Shown: positions 48,663-60,000 of the stretch, in pieces
Numbering within the stretch: the stretch's first letter is position 1
Layout: every line of letters begins with the position of its first letter
NCBI GenBank assembly: GCA_041742075.1
Contig: JBGSJJ010000015.1
Coordinates: 1,132 to 65,131 of the forward strand
Direction of reading: 5' to 3'
DNA from: Minisyncoccia bacterium
GTDB lineage: Bacteria > Patescibacteriota > Minisyncoccia > Phycocordibacterales > UBA918
Length of the DNA stretch: 64,000 bases
The notes under the pieces: model-generated
Told to the model about the DNA's origin: nothing
The model's input: the letters and a program-made list of their open reading frames with translations, nothing else
The model's database searches: none
Position numbers and translations under genes: made by a program

Positions 48663-49643
48663 TTAAATTCCCCTGATTCGCTCAAGAATACTTGCTACAT
48701 CGAGCCCAAGGTGGGCGTTCAGTTCCTGTGCGGTTCCCGACTCACCAAAACGGTCTTGGACTCCGACTTTAATAACGCGCTTTGGCATGTATTCACTATA
48801 GTACTCAGAAATGGCTCCGCCTAACCCACCAATCACCTGATGCTCTTCGATAGTTACAATCACTTCGTGCTTGGCACCAAAATCATTGAGCGCTTCGGTA
48901 TCAAGTGGTTTGATGGTTGGCATATGCAACACCGACACACCGACGCCTTCGGCATTCATAGTCTCTGCCACCTTAAGCGCAGTATGAACAAGCGTTCCCG
49001 TCACAATAATCCCAACAGTCTTTACGTGGGATGGATCTTTTTCATAAAAAACTTCAGCTACTCCAATCGCAAAGGGTGAGGCTTCCGTGGTCACGACCGG
49101 AGTTTTTTCTCGAGCAATCCGAATGTAGACTGGGCCTTCGTATTTGGCCGCAGCCAAAACGGCTTTCCGGGCTTCAATCGCATCTACCGGGGCAATCACC
49201 ACCATTTTGGGAATGACACGCATAATAGCGATATCCTCAATCGCTTGATGGGTTGCTCCGTCTGGGCCAACTGACACGCCTGCGTGTGCTCCGATTATTT
49301 TTACGTTTGATTCGTTATAGGCAATCGTGGTCCGCACCTGTTCCCAACTTCGGCCTGGTGAAAACATAGCGTAGGAAGCAATAAAAGGTATCTTCCCCAT
49401 CGCTGCCATACCAGAAGCGACTGAAGCCATGTTTTGTTCGGCTATCCCTACCTGCACAAACCGTTCTGGAAACGCTTCCGCAAACAGATTGGTTCTGGTC
49501 GACTCGGTTAAGTCAGCCGACAGCGCGACGACTCGCTCGTCACGCTCACCAGCCAACCGTAAACCCTCGCCATACCCTTCACGGTTTGGCGTCTCTGTTA
49601 CGTTGTCGGTACATACATTTTTATCTAGGTGTTTTGCAAACAT
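48663..49643 (-). CDS. tktB: Transketolase C-terminal section (split transketolase, subunit B).
   Basis: Pyrimidine-binding and C-terminal transketolase domains. Follows the N-terminal section. Confidence 0.9.
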   Translation of the reverse strand: MFAKHLDKNVCTDNVTETPNREGYGEGLRLAGERDERVVALSADLTESTRTNLFAEAFPERFVQVGIAEQNMASVASGMAAMGKIPFIASYAMFSPGRSWEQVRTTIAYNESNVKIIGAHAGVSVGPDGATHQAIEDIAIMRVIPKMVVIAPVDAIEARKAVLAAAKYEGPVYIRIAREKTPVVTTEASPFAIGVAEVFYEKDPSHVKTVGIIVTGTLVHTALKVAETMNAEGVGVSVLHMPTIKPLDTEALNDFGAKHEVIVTIEEHQVIGGLGGAISEYYSEYMPKRVIKVGVQDRFGESGTAQELNAHLGLDVASILERIRGI

Positions 49644-49652
49644 ACTACATTA

Positions 49653-50549
49653 TTATGAGTCAGCTTTAGGAATGGTGCCGGCCAAAGTTCGCAATTTTTG
49701 AAGTGCTACACTTGCTTGCTCACTTTTTGGAACCCGGTCTTCCGGCCCCTTACCCGGCGGATTACCATGCCACCTAAAGTCTCTTTCAAACACATCAACC
49801 CCCTTAGACGGAATGGTGTGGGCGATAATCACTGAAGGCTTTCCATACAAAGACTGTGCTTTGCCGATAGCGTCGTTCACCATACGGATATTGTGTCCAT
49901 CGACTTCTTGCACGTCAAAATTGAAAGCTTCAAACTTATTTCGCAATGACTCAAGTGGCATCACGTCCATGGTGTAACCGTCTATCTGGATACCGTTTCT
50001 ATCAACAATCACAATCAAGTTGTGGAGTTTTTCTTTACCCGCAAGCATCGCCGCCTCCCAGATTTGCCCTTCGTTGAGTTCGCCGTCACCCGTAATGCAG
50101 TAGATGTACTTTGAGGAATACTCATTATTCATACGTTCCGCTATCGCCATACCGACTGCTTGTGAGAGTCCACTACCTAAGGGGCCAGAGCTCGTCTCAA
50201 GTCCAGGCAGTGCTACCCGATGTGGGTGGCCTTGGAGTCTTGATCCAAACTTACGCAGTGTGAGTAGTTCTTCAACCGGGAAGTACCCGCTATGAGCAAG
50301 CGTGGCATACAGAACCGGGCAAATATGCCCCGCCGATAACACGAGTCTATCGCGGTCTTCCCAGGCGGGATCTTTTGGGTTATGGCGAAGCACACGAAAA
50401 TACAGGAGCGCAAATATATCTGCCATATCAAGCGGACCAGCGGTGTGACCACTGCCAGCCGCCACGAGCATTTCAATAATGCTTTGCCTGATGGTGTTAG
50501 CAGTCAGCTCAAGCGAGTGAACCTCAGTTTCAGTAAGATAATGCATCAT
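49653..50549 (-). CDS. tktA: Transketolase N-terminal section (thiamine-diphosphate-binding subunit).
   Basis: GSGHTAGPLDMADIF...ITGDGELNEGQIWEA TPP-binding motif. Confidence 0.9.
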   Translation of the reverse strand: MMHYLTETEVHSLELTANTIRQSIIEMLVAAGSGHTAGPLDMADIFALLYFRVLRHNPKDPAWEDRDRLVLSAGHICPVLYATLAHSGYFPVEELLTLRKFGSRLQGHPHRVALPGLETSSGPLGSGLSQAVGMAIAERMNNEYSSKYIYCITGDGELNEGQIWEAAMLAGKEKLHNLIVIVDRNGIQIDGYTMDVMPLESLRNKFEAFNFDVQEVDGHNIRMVNDAIGKAQSLYGKPSVIIAHTIPSKGVDVFERDFRWHGNPPGKGPEDRVPKSEQASVALQKLRTLAGTIPKADS

Positions 50550-50567
50550 GACTGTAGTATACCGTAC

Positions 50568-51239
50568 CTACACACCAATCAGGGCACAAAGTTGTTTATA
50601 GGCTTCGGCCGGACTATCGGCTTTCGCTACCGCCGAGCCGGGCGCAAAGCGATTCACTCCAGCCTCTTTGAGTGGGAGAATAGTGTGTTCGTTTACCGCA
50701 CCGTCGACACTTATCGGAAGGTTTGGGTAAGTAGTGCGAAGCCTTGAAACAGTGGCCAAGGTTCGCTCATCAAACGGGAGTCCTTGCTTCCCCACTGTTT
50801 TAATTCCCATCACTTGGACAAAGTCTACTTGAGGGAGGTACTTTTCAACATCGCTCAGATCGACGTCGTTCGTGAATGCAAGCCCGAGCGTGTAGCCGTG
50901 CTCACGGGCGTGACTAATTATTTCTTCGTAGGCTGTTGTGCTCCCGTAGTGAATAATGATTCTTCGCACGCCACAACTAAGCAGTGTTCCAAAATACTGT
51001 TCTGGTGCTGTGACCATGCAGTCAACTTCAAGTTCAAAGTCAACCGAGAGCTCTTTGAGCTTGAGCAACTCATGATGGACATCGGTCGGCTCGGTAAATG
51101 GCCACGAGGTACTTGTGACAAACTCACCATCAACGATGTCTACCTGGAGGCTTTTAGCGGTACCCAGAAGAGCTGTAGCAAGTGCCTGTAGTTCAGCAAA
51201 CGAACTCGCTGGCAGTGATGGAATGACGGTATACTCCAT
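50568..51239 (-). CDS. rpe: Ribulose-phosphate 3-epimerase.
   Basis: TIM-barrel epimerase motifs DIVDGEFV...VMGIKTVGKQGLPFDE...SVDGAVN. Confidence 0.75.
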   Translation of the reverse strand: MEYTVIPSLPASSFAELQALATALLGTAKSLQVDIVDGEFVTSTSWPFTEPTDVHHELLKLKELSVDFELEVDCMVTAPEQYFGTLLSCGVRRIIIHYGSTTAYEEIISHAREHGYTLGLAFTNDVDLSDVEKYLPQVDFVQVMGIKTVGKQGLPFDERTLATVSRLRTTYPNLPISVDGAVNEHTILPLKEAGVNRFAPGSAVAKADSPAEAYKQLCALIGV

Positions 51240-51242
51240 GAG

Positions 51243-51698
51243 TTATTCTAACGCATCAATTTTATTAATCCGACGCGTATGGCGCTCCTCCCCGGTAAAC
51301 GATGTCGTGAGCCACTCTGCTACCGCTTCTTTGGCCTCCTCCTCCGAAACAAACCTGGCACCGAGCGAAAGCACATTGGCGTCGTTGTGCTCACGTGAGA
51401 GCGCAATAATCTCTCGAACACCCCCGTAGTAAACGGTTGCACGTATTCCCTTAAAGCGATTGGCTACCATGGCTTCACCCTGACCAGAACCACCCAGAAT
51501 AATCCCAAGACTGCCTGACGCCTTCTGCACCCGCTCGATTGCCAGCTTTATAAAATCTGGGTAATCATCAGTTTCGTTAAACCCTGTTGCGCCACAGTCA
51601 ACGACAGTAAAACCGAGCTCCGTACTCACGAACGGCACTAACACATTCTTCAGTTCAAAACCGGCATGGTCAGTCGCAAAGTAAATGGTCGGTTTCAT
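51243..51698 (-). CDS. rpiB: Ribose-5-phosphate isomerase B.
   Basis: FATDHAGFELK...GILGGSGQGEAM RpiB/LacAB motifs. Confidence 0.88.
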   Translation of the reverse strand: MKPTIYFATDHAGFELKNVLVPFVSTELGFTVVDCGATGFNETDDYPDFIKLAIERVQKASGSLGIILGGSGQGEAMVANRFKGIRATVYYGGVREIIALSREHNDANVLSLGARFVSEEEAKEAVAEWLTTSFTGEERHTRRINKIDALE

Positions 51699-51712
51699 GA
51701 GTTGTTTTAAAT

Positions 51713-52753
51713 CTAGCGTCCCCCTTTTTGGTTAAAAAACCGAGCCAGTGCTCCCACCTGTTCAACAAGCGTGTGTGTGTAGCTTGTTTCGTTGTCATAC
51801 CAAGCCAGCACCTTCACTAAGTTACCGTCAACCACTCGCGTCATCTCAAGGTCGGCGATAGAGGCGTAGCGGGCTCCTATGATGTCAGAGGAAACAATCT
51901 GCTCGTTCGTCACTGCAAAAATATTACCCCACTGTTTACTACTTGCCCCAGCCGTGAGCGCACCATTTACTTCCTCAACGGTAGTTGGTCGTGATGCAAT
52001 AAAGGTAACGTCAACCAGTGAACCGACCACCACCGGCACCCGGACCGCAATCCCATCGAACTTGCCCGCGAGTTCAGTGTGGACAAGCGTAGTAGCCACT
52101 GCCGCTCCGGTTGAAGACGGGATAATGTTCTGAGCCGCTGCACGCCCGCCTCGAAAATCTTTTTTACTTGGACCGTCAACGAGTGACTGTGAAGCCGTAT
52201 ACGCGTGAGTGGTGTTGAGAACAGCCTTTTCAATACCGATGGCTTCTTTAAGGATACCGATGAGTGGACTGGTGGCGTTCGTGGTACATGACGCGTTACT
52301 CACAATATCGCAGGTGGTCAAAATTTCGTCGTTGGCTCCCATGAGCACCGTCGCTCCAGTTATACCGACAGCGGTCGGATCGTCTTTTACTGGCGCTGAG
52401 ATAACAACTCGTTTTGCTCCCGCGGTAAGGTGAGCTTTTGACTTTTCATAGCTCGTGAAGAAGCCGGTAGATTCTACCACCACGTCGATATCCATATCCT
52501 TCCACGGAAGCAAAAGCGGATCACGTTCACTAATCACCCGTACCTCTTTGCCGTTTATAATGAGGGCTGAGTCACTAAAACTCACCTCAAAATCTGCCCG
52601 CCCATACGCAGTATCGTACTTCATCAGGTACGCAATGTTCTCTATATCACCGAGGTCATTGACTGCGACTACCTCAAAGTCAGGATTATCAAAAGCCATC
52701 CGAAAAAAAGTCCGGCCAATTCTTCCAAAACCATTAATTGCTACTCGTGCCAT
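51713..52753 (-). CDS. gap: Glyceraldehyde-3-phosphate dehydrogenase.
   Basis: INGFGRIGR NAD-binding motif and ASCTTN catalytic motif. Confidence 0.93.
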   Translation of the reverse strand: MARVAINGFGRIGRTFFRMAFDNPDFEVVAVNDLGDIENIAYLMKYDTAYGRADFEVSFSDSALIINGKEVRVISERDPLLLPWKDMDIDVVVESTGFFTSYEKSKAHLTAGAKRVVISAPVKDDPTAVGITGATVLMGANDEILTTCDIVSNASCTTNATSPLIGILKEAIGIEKAVLNTTHAYTASQSLVDGPSKKDFRGGRAAAQNIIPSSTGAAVATTLVHTELAGKFDGIAVRVPVVVGSLVDVTFIASRPTTVEEVNGALTAGASSKQWGNIFAVTNEQIVSSDIIGARYASIADLEMTRVVDGNLVKVLAWYDNETSYTHTLVEQVGALARFFNQKGGR

Positions 52754-52801
52754 ATAAATATACTGCTTATTACTAACTACCGCTTAGTATACGGCACCAG
52801 G

Positions 52802-54373
52802 TTACTTTTCTACAGCCTCGTTATCCTCACGACGACGCCGGCCGAAAAGTATAAAGCGGAGCGTTATAAGTGCCAAAATAATTAAGAGTAGCCACAGCAG
52901 GATGCGGAGCAACACTTCCCTCTCTTCGGTTGGCACCACTGGTTCACTCAGCGGAGTTGCTTTCGATACTTCAACCAGGCCCGCAAAATTCATTATTTCA
53001 TTCGCAAAGACATTGAACACACTAAAGGTAACCTCGTACTCGCCCGCTTCAGGCAACGCCGCTAACGTAGCTTCGTAGTAGGTAAAATCCTGGTTGGCGC
53101 GCAGGAGAAATGAGAAGACTTGTTGCTTGAGAGTTGGGTGTGTAAGCGTGACGGTAATCACTTTGAGTTGTTGGGGAAATAGCTCATACGGGATACGTAC
53201 GGTAAACGGATTATTTTGAGCTATCTGGAGAGCACCGTCTTTGAGAGGCATCACTTTACCATTTTGTACTATTTCTACTTGCGTAAAATCAATCCCCGGC
53301 ACACCCGGTGTGGTACTCGCTACGGGTAAACCGTCAGGTTCTTCGCTTGGCACAACACCTGCCTTACGAGCAATCGCGATGGCTCCAGAAGAACGGTTTC
53401 CTGACGAGTCGTAGGAAAATATAGTGTAGTACTGGGTACCGTGCTTAGACAGTGCCTCCATGTCTCTAAAAGAAGACGCTCTTCCTTCATACACTAAATA
53501 GCCATCATTTGGATCTACTGGGAAAAACAAGTGGTTACGGAGGATTCGTACATAGGAAAAATCGTTTTCAGTCGGAAGCGTCCAGTTTAAAAATACATCG
53601 TCAGTAATCGGTTGAGCAGTAAAAAAAGAAACGTTCGCTGGTGCGTCTGTATCAACCTCATCGCTCGTAGTAAAAGAGTCCCGTTTGAGTAAGACTTCTC
53701 TACCAAAGCGGTCATAGCCAAAAAGTTCATACTCATACCGAGTGCCCGGGGTAAGACCAGTCAACATGGTTTCGTGAGACTTAGCAAAGACGTTACTTTT
53801 GATTGAGCTCCCATCATAGACACTCGCTTCCCCGTACCTAAGCAAATACTGTACAGCTGAACTGGTTTCAAAAACAACCCTTGCTCCATTGGTACTTGGT
53901 GTGAGAGAAAAACTCGTCAGTGAAGCCGGAACTCGCGTACTGGGGTTTTGTGTGTCGGTAGAAGTTGCAGTAGGAGTTGGCGGGGGTAACGCAAACGTAC
54001 TCGTCGCCGAAGCCAGCGAGGAGCTTGAAAAATTAGAAAAACCGTCAAAGGCGACGACCGTATAACTATAGGTCGTACTTGCCGTTAGTCCGGTATCGGA
54101 AAAATTCAAAAGGGCTGTGGTAGTAATTAAGACCGCGTCACGATACAGCTGGTAGCCCGTCACTCCAGTGTCATCGGTTGAACTCGCCCATACTATATCT
54201 ATCTGGCTAGTCGCTATCGGAGTAGTCACCACGCCGGTTGGCGTGGTTGGTGCACCGGTATCAGTACCAATCAGCGTCCGCATGATTACGTTTGCATCGC
54301 TTGATGCCGCGAAAACCGGTACGGCCAGAAGTATACCGAGAGTAATTATGCTAATTCTAAAACACTGACTCAT
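52802..54373 (-). CDS. Secreted protein with fibronectin type III-like domains and a C-terminal TM anchor plus an RRRRE tail.
   Basis: Signal peptide. ...IDIVWASSTDDTGVTGYQLYRD... and ...TRYEYELFGYDRFG... FN3-like signatures. C-terminal hydrophobic helix. Confidence 0.55.
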   Translation of the reverse strand: MSQCFRISIITLGILLAVPVFAASSDANVIMRTLIGTDTGAPTTPTGVVTTPIATSQIDIVWASSTDDTGVTGYQLYRDAVLITTTALLNFSDTGLTASTTYSYTVVAFDGFSNFSSSSLASATSTFALPPPTPTATSTDTQNPSTRVPASLTSFSLTPSTNGARVVFETSSAVQYLLRYGEASVYDGSSIKSNVFAKSHETMLTGLTPGTRYEYELFGYDRFGREVLLKRDSFTTSDEVDTDAPANVSFFTAQPITDDVFLNWTLPTENDFSYVRILRNHLFFPVDPNDGYLVYEGRASSFRDMEALSKHGTQYYTIFSYDSSGNRSSGAIAIARKAGVVPSEEPDGLPVASTTPGVPGIDFTQVEIVQNGKVMPLKDGALQIAQNNPFTVRIPYELFPQQLKVITVTLTHPTLKQQVFSFLLRANQDFTYYEATLAALPEAGEYEVTFSVFNVFANEIMNFAGLVEVSKATPLSEPVVPTEEREVLLRILLWLLLIILALITLRFILFGRRRREDNEAVEK

Positions 54374-55134
54374 AGGGCGATAGCGGTGAGGGTGGTGGTG
54401 GCGATATATGTTCCCGGCGCCTGGTTTACACTCCCTCCTATCCCGACTCTAAACAGAATCGTTGTTGTAGCGCCAAGCGGGTGGTTCGAGCCATTTTTGG
54501 TGGCAATGACTTTAGTCGTTGTCGCTAGACCATCCCAACAGGTACTCGCTGAATTACCCGTACCACTGTTACAGTTGCCGGCTAAATCGAGGTAACGACT
54601 CGCAACATCTGCCCCCTCAGGCGAAAACCCGAGTTGAGAATCCGTTGCGTCAGTCGTAAAGGTGAAGTCAGGATTAGCTCCGGTCGGTACATAATCTAAA
54701 ATAGTGTTGGCGCCACTTTGGAGTGCCGGCGTAGTGGCAGACTGAATCATCAAAGCATAGCCCGCTGGGCTATCGGTAATCACGGTCACGGTCGTTGAAC
54801 CATTGGCTGTACCGCCACTAATACCTCCAATACTTGGTGAAAGTACGGTGGTCGTAGCCCCGGAAATAGAAATAAACACCTCTTGCATTTGCTGGTAACC
54901 AGCCCGGAGTTGGTAGTTCGTACTACCAGAATCGCCACTCCCTATCTCACCACCAGTCGATTCAAGAGAGTAGTTTGAAGAATTACTGAGTCCCCCGCTC
55001 GCATTGATACTATCACTCTGTATCGAGTAGTTGGTGCTCTGCATCACCGCGCCGTGGGCCACACTAATGAGTAGCGCAAAAATGAACGCTGTGCCGATTC
55101 CCTGAAAAATTGTACGAAAAGAACTAGTCCACAT
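54370..55134 (-). CDS. Secreted Thr/Ser/Gly-rich beta protein (254 aa), paralog of 56224-56928. Possibly WxL-like.
   Basis: Signal peptide. Shared motifs with its paralog: G(L/I)SGGT(A/S)NG.TTV(T/A)V, N...G...(A/G)S(T/C)W, GTY.ATTTLTA at the C-terminus. Confidence 0.5.
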   Translation of the reverse strand: MWTSSFRTIFQGIGTAFIFALLISVAHGAVMQSTNYSIQSDSINASGGLSNSSNYSLESTGGEIGSGDSGSTNYQLRAGYQQMQEVFISISGATTTVLSPSIGGISGGTANGSTTVTVITDSPAGYALMIQSATTPALQSGANTILDYVPTGANPDFTFTTDATDSQLGFSPEGADVASRYLDLAGNCNSGTGNSASTCWDGLATTTKVIATKNGSNHPLGATTTILFRVGIGGSVNQAPGTYIATTTLTAIAL

Positions 55135-55142
55135 GCTATTTC

Positions 55143-56204
55143 TTACGATTTACGTTTAAACTCGAAGCGAGAGAAAATAAACCGTATAAAAATAAAGAGA
55201 AAGACGAAAGACGCAAAAATGAGCGCAATTATTTTGAGAGGCAGAACGTAAAATACCACTGAGGCTTCATCAATAGCGTTATTATACCCTCGATTGACAT
55301 AGGCTTTGGCGACGTACCGACCCATCAGTAAATCTCGATTCCAGGTTATTTCACGAAGCCGAAGAGAGGCTGGCATAGCAAACCACGGATCAAGCACCTC
55401 AAAGCCAACCTCATCGCCCAGCATGTTAAAAATACGAATCTCTCCGTATGGATTAAGGTGAACTGAGCCAGTGTTTTCATACACTAGTCCAAAGGAAATC
55501 GGACCCTTCCCGTAAAACTTTTTATTTCCCAAGGTCGTAAAGGATTCAAGCTGACCAGAACGCTCAATATCACCAGGTGTGGTGACAAAGAAGAGTGTCC
55601 CAACACGGCTCACAATCGCTGAGGCCGCTGCCGCTCCACTGCTTCCATCGAGATCTGCTTCTCGACTTACCGTTGACACCACCACACTACCATAACGACC
55701 ACCCGGTTCAGCGTCAGCTGGTAAACTCACCGTCACAGGGATTCGTGCCCGCACTCCATGTTCAAGTTCAAACTCCGTTTTAGAAATCTGTATGTAGTCA
55801 CGCAAGGTATACGGACCTCGTTCTGACCCTAAGAGAGTAATGGCAGATGAACCATCAGTTGAACCAGCAGTGTCTTCTATGTCGAGCTTAAACCGCTTTG
55901 GTTCACTCATTCGGTTGGTGACCACAAGTTCGACGGTGCGTGACTGGCCAGGCGCAAGTTCAAGCTCTACTTTGCCAGGACCAACGACGAAGTCATTAAA
56001 AACCTCTTGGTTAGGTAGTACATCACGAGCATACGGGTCAGAGGTTGCTACAGCTACTTCGGACGAAGTACTGACTTCTGTCTCTAGCGGAGTATTTTCT
56101 CCTTCAGTTTCACTCTGGGCTAGGCCAAGAAGCGGAAAGAACGTCAGCGTTAGTACAACCAAAAGTAGTAGCGCAACTGCGCGGTTATGGAGCGAAGTTG
56201 TCAT
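55143..56204 (-). CDS. Cell-surface protein with DUF916/CscA-like architecture: signal peptide, beta-rich ectodomain, C-terminal TM helix, KRKS tail.
   Basis: FVVGPGKVELELAPGQSRTVELVVTN...C-terminal IIALIFASFVFLFIFIRFIFSRFEFKRKS. Confidence 0.45.
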   Translation of the reverse strand: MTTSLHNRAVALLLLVVLTLTFFPLLGLAQSETEGENTPLETEVSTSSEVAVATSDPYARDVLPNQEVFNDFVVGPGKVELELAPGQSRTVELVVTNRMSEPKRFKLDIEDTAGSTDGSSAITLLGSERGPYTLRDYIQISKTEFELEHGVRARIPVTVSLPADAEPGGRYGSVVVSTVSREADLDGSSGAAAASAIVSRVGTLFFVTTPGDIERSGQLESFTTLGNKKFYGKGPISFGLVYENTGSVHLNPYGEIRIFNMLGDEVGFEVLDPWFAMPASLRLREITWNRDLLMGRYVAKAYVNRGYNNAIDEASVVFYVLPLKIIALIFASFVFLFIFIRFIFSRFEFKRKS

Positions 56205-56223
56205 AAGTAACTAGAATTGTAGT

Positions 56224-56928
56224 TTAGTTTTCAGTCGCGGTCAACGTAGCTGTTGCAGTGTAAAAACCAGTCGGAAGTGCTGGAATTGGGTTGGCATCTA
56301 CACCCACCTTAAAAGTCAGAGTGGTAGTCGCTGAACCCACCGTTGCATCAGGGCGGTTTATGATTGTGACCGCGGTAGAGCTTGCATCCGGAACATTGTA
56401 CCAGCAACTTCCAGCAGTTGGAGTACCAGCACCGTTGTTACAGGTGGTATTTACTTCGAACAAAGCTACAGAATCGTCAGCGTCCGTAGGAAATACTGAG
56501 TAGGCAAACTCAGCTGTGCCGGTTGGTATGGCAAACGCAAGGTCTGGTGTACCTGGAGTAACCGGTGTGTAGTTAGAAATAAATCCTCCCCCTGAGCCTT
56601 CACGGTTCATGGCAGTGGAACTAGAAAATCGGATGGTCATGTTGTATCCCGTTGGATTGTTGGCGCGTACTGCTACGGTCGCTGTTCCGTTACTGATACC
56701 TCCCGTAAGCCCAGAGATGTTTGGTGTCATAGCTACGTCTGTAGCGGTAGTAACAAACGCAATTTCACCAAGAATTTGTTGACGCACGGTGAATGTGTCC
56801 ACATCAGAATCTTGAGCAATCATTACTTGTGGCTCAAAGAGGAAGTACGACGCGAGGACCAGTGTCGTGGCAATAAGACCAGCCAGTACAGCCGGAAATA
56901 GGTGTGAGCGTTGTAGTAATGATTTCAT
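56224..56928 (-). CDS. Secreted Thr/Ser/Gly-rich beta protein (234 aa), paralog of 54370-55134.
   Basis: Signal peptide plus the motifs shared with its paralog. Confidence 0.5.
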   Translation of the reverse strand: MKSLLQRSHLFPAVLAGLIATTLVLASYFLFEPQVMIAQDSDVDTFTVRQQILGEIAFVTTATDVAMTPNISGLTGGISNGTATVAVRANNPTGYNMTIRFSSSTAMNREGSGGGFISNYTPVTPGTPDLAFAIPTGTAEFAYSVFPTDADDSVALFEVNTTCNNGAGTPTAGSCWYNVPDASSTAVTIINRPDATVGSATTTLTFKVGVDANPIPALPTGFYTATATLTATEN

Positions 56929-57018
56929 AATGATGTTTAATTTGTTTTATTAATTGTACCTTCTTTTAACTATGATTTTTAACGTATTTTAGCGATACCT
57001 GTGGACAATCTACCGACT

Positions 57019-60000
57019 CTAGATGGCTCCCCCGCCGCCGCCACCCCCGCCCGTGGCCTGGTGGTAGACCCTGACTTCGATACCATCGAGCTGTAGGTCT
57101 GCAATGCTCGAGAGCACCCGGACCCGGAGGGTGGCGTCACTAAACTCGGCTGGCGTCCATGAGTGGCCCCAGGCATCGGTTGGGCCACCGAGCGTATAGA
57201 CTGCATCAGTGTTAGCTAGCGTTGGGGTGAGTTTGGTACTCGTGTAGTTTGAACCAGTGTTCCAAGATAGGTCAACCGCAATCGTCCCGGCTTGGTTTGA
57301 GTAGCGACTATCAAGCTTTACTTCGATACCGACAATCGTATTCGTGACCGGTATCGCAAAACCAAAACCGTTAAAGACATGGGTAGTTGCGCTTGGTGCT
57401 TGGGCGCGGGTGTTGTCTGAAACAAGCGCATTGCCCCCGTTTGTCCAACCACCGCTCTGGGCTGAGGGCCTAAGGAAGTTTGGGTTAGGTGCAATATTTT
57501 CTCCATCAGTTTCTTGGCCGGCTTCCCCGCCTCCTTCCTCTCCCCCGCCCGTTTGTACGCCCTGGCCGGCTGGTGGAGCACCACCAATAGACGCACTACT
57601 GCCTCCTCCACTACTACCAGTATTAGACTCACGGTTATGGTAGACCTGCGAGACTGCTCCACTCACGTTCGCTGAACCTATAATGTCTGCTGGGTAGAGC
57701 TTAAGCACTAAGGCTTCTCGCTTGTCGATATCGACGGTGTCACTCGTTACAATGAAGTTTTGCGTGGTTGAAGAAATAAACGAGGTGCTGAAGACAATTG
57801 TCCCCTGGGTCGCCGATGAAGTTGCAAACACACCGGTGCCCCCTACCTGCACGTCTCCTCCATCAAGCAGGCTATTGCTGTTGATGTCACGATAGAGTCT
57901 CAGGTCGGGAATAGAGCTGGTACTCACTCGATTGCTTATATCAGAGACTCGTAGTGTGAGTGAACTAATGGTGGTCGTGGCTGACGGCGTCAGCGAGAAA
58001 GCAAAGATTGCCACATCATTTTGGTTTTGAAAGCTAAAGACGTTACTCGGTTGCCCATCTTCATGTTCACCTAAGACGAGGTCGGGCACTGCGACATACG
58101 ACCAGTTAGTGGTATTGCCGCTATCAACGCAGCCGGTGAGGCAGCTAATCGGCGTCGTCGTAACACTAATGTTGCGTGAGTCCTGCACGTTCAAGTACGA
58201 AACCGTTGCGGTGGCGTACGGGTCAATGTAGTACTGCGTACCTGGGCTGGTCGAACGGAGAGAAAGTAGATTACCGGCGGTGCCGTTTAGCGTAAGCGTG
58301 CCTCTGGTTTCAAACTCATCACCAGCTCCAAACGTGAGGGTTGAAGAGCTGGTGACATTCTTGGTAAGGTTGAAAAAGCTCGTGGTAGCGTTGTTCTGTA
58401 TGGTCTGAGTGGTACCAGTAAGATAGACCGTACTTGTGGCAGCTCTAAAATTGCCATTAATAGTAAAGTCCCCACTGACACCAAGTGAGCTGGAAGCGAT
58501 TAAGGTCGCTCCACTATTTATGGTTAGGTTGGTAGTCGACGCATTCATTGGTAACGTGGTAGTACCGGCACTCGCTATGATAGTACCGAGGTCGCTAGTG
58601 CCGGTGAGAGTACCCGCGAGTTCCCCTGATACCCTGTACTCGTTAATCTCGACACCTGATACCCCGATAACGTATAAATTCGTACCGTCGGGATTAAAAG
58701 CAAGGCCGGTAGGAGCACCTTCTTGACTTGATACACTGAGGTTTCTTACGAAACTACCCGTCGAAACGTCCCAAGGAGTAGCAAGTGTGTACTTCACAAC
58801 CCTAGCAAACTCAACCCCTGAGACATAAAGTTCTGTGCCCAAAGCATTAAAGGCTATGCCCGATGGATATGAGTCCTGCGCCGCCACCGAGAAGGTATCA
58901 ACAAACGAACCGGTTGATACGTCCCACGGGGTACTGAGGTTGTATTCGTTAATGTCGAAGCCAGCTTCTCCAGAAACATACAACTTAGTACCATCGGGAT
59001 TAAAGGCAAGGTCCATTGGAAAAGTTTCCTGCGCCGCCACCGAGAAAGTATCAACAAACGAACCGGTTGATACGTCCCACGGGGTACTGAGGTTGTATTC
59101 GTTTATATCATTACCGAAATCACCGAGCACATAAAGTTTAGTTCCATTGGGATTGAAAGCTAAGCCGGACGGAGCAGTGTCTTGCCCCGCTACCGAGAAA
59201 GTATCAACAAACGAACCAGTTGATACGTCCCATGGGGTACTGAGGTTGTATTCAGTGATGTCGTCACCCGAAGAACCTATGACATATAACTTTGTACCGT
59301 CGGAATTAAATTCTAGGCCCATAGGAGAAGTCTCTTGTCCAGACACACTGAAAGTGTCCACAGGAGTTACTTGGTTACTGAAATACCCTTGCCCGCTTAG
59401 ATTTAGCGTACCACCATTATCACTGAAAGTTCCAGAGTTGGTCAGGTCACCGGTCGTGAGTGCTGTAGCGGGTGCGGTGAAGGAACCACCAGAAGCAATC
59501 GTAAGTTCGGAGGTCGAAGCGACGGTACTGCTTGAAACATATGAACCAATAATAGTAACACTACCGAGACTGGAAGAGCCCGTTAACGTACCATCGAGTC
59601 CCCTACCTGTTCCCGTGAGAAAAGCGAACTGTCCCGAGGTGGCGTTGTAGATACCGTCGTTGTCAAAAGAGCCACTGAAGGTAGACGAGGCAGCTGCCCT
59701 TAGGCTCGTCCCCGGCCAAACGTAGAAGGTTTGGTTACCTCGAATGTTGAGCTGGTCTTGGTTGGTACTAGTCGAAGTAGTAGTAGCACTGAACTGCAAG
59801 TCACTGTCGTTTTCAAAATCATACAAGGCAAATGGCGTCATGGTCATTTGGCTCGTAGTGGCACTTCTCGCAATCACGTGATCTTTATAGAGATTGAGTC
59901 CCGAGACACTGTTAGTTGAGGACGCTTGGTAGACCAAGGCGGCACGAACCGTGGTCGAGGCGTCTACGAAGAAGGTGTAGGTGGTCGAAGAGAGAAGCGA

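Noticed and set aside
58650-59400. Tandem DNA repeats of about 150 nt, with CRISPR-like periodicity, visible as repeated plus-strand ORF peptides (ATEKVSTNEPVDTSHGVLRLYS).
   Set aside because: They lie inside the giant minus-strand ORF and encode the repeated beta-propeller blades (FNPDGTKLYV...EYNLSTPWDVSTGS). The units are too long and too divergent for CRISPR repeats, and they are coding.
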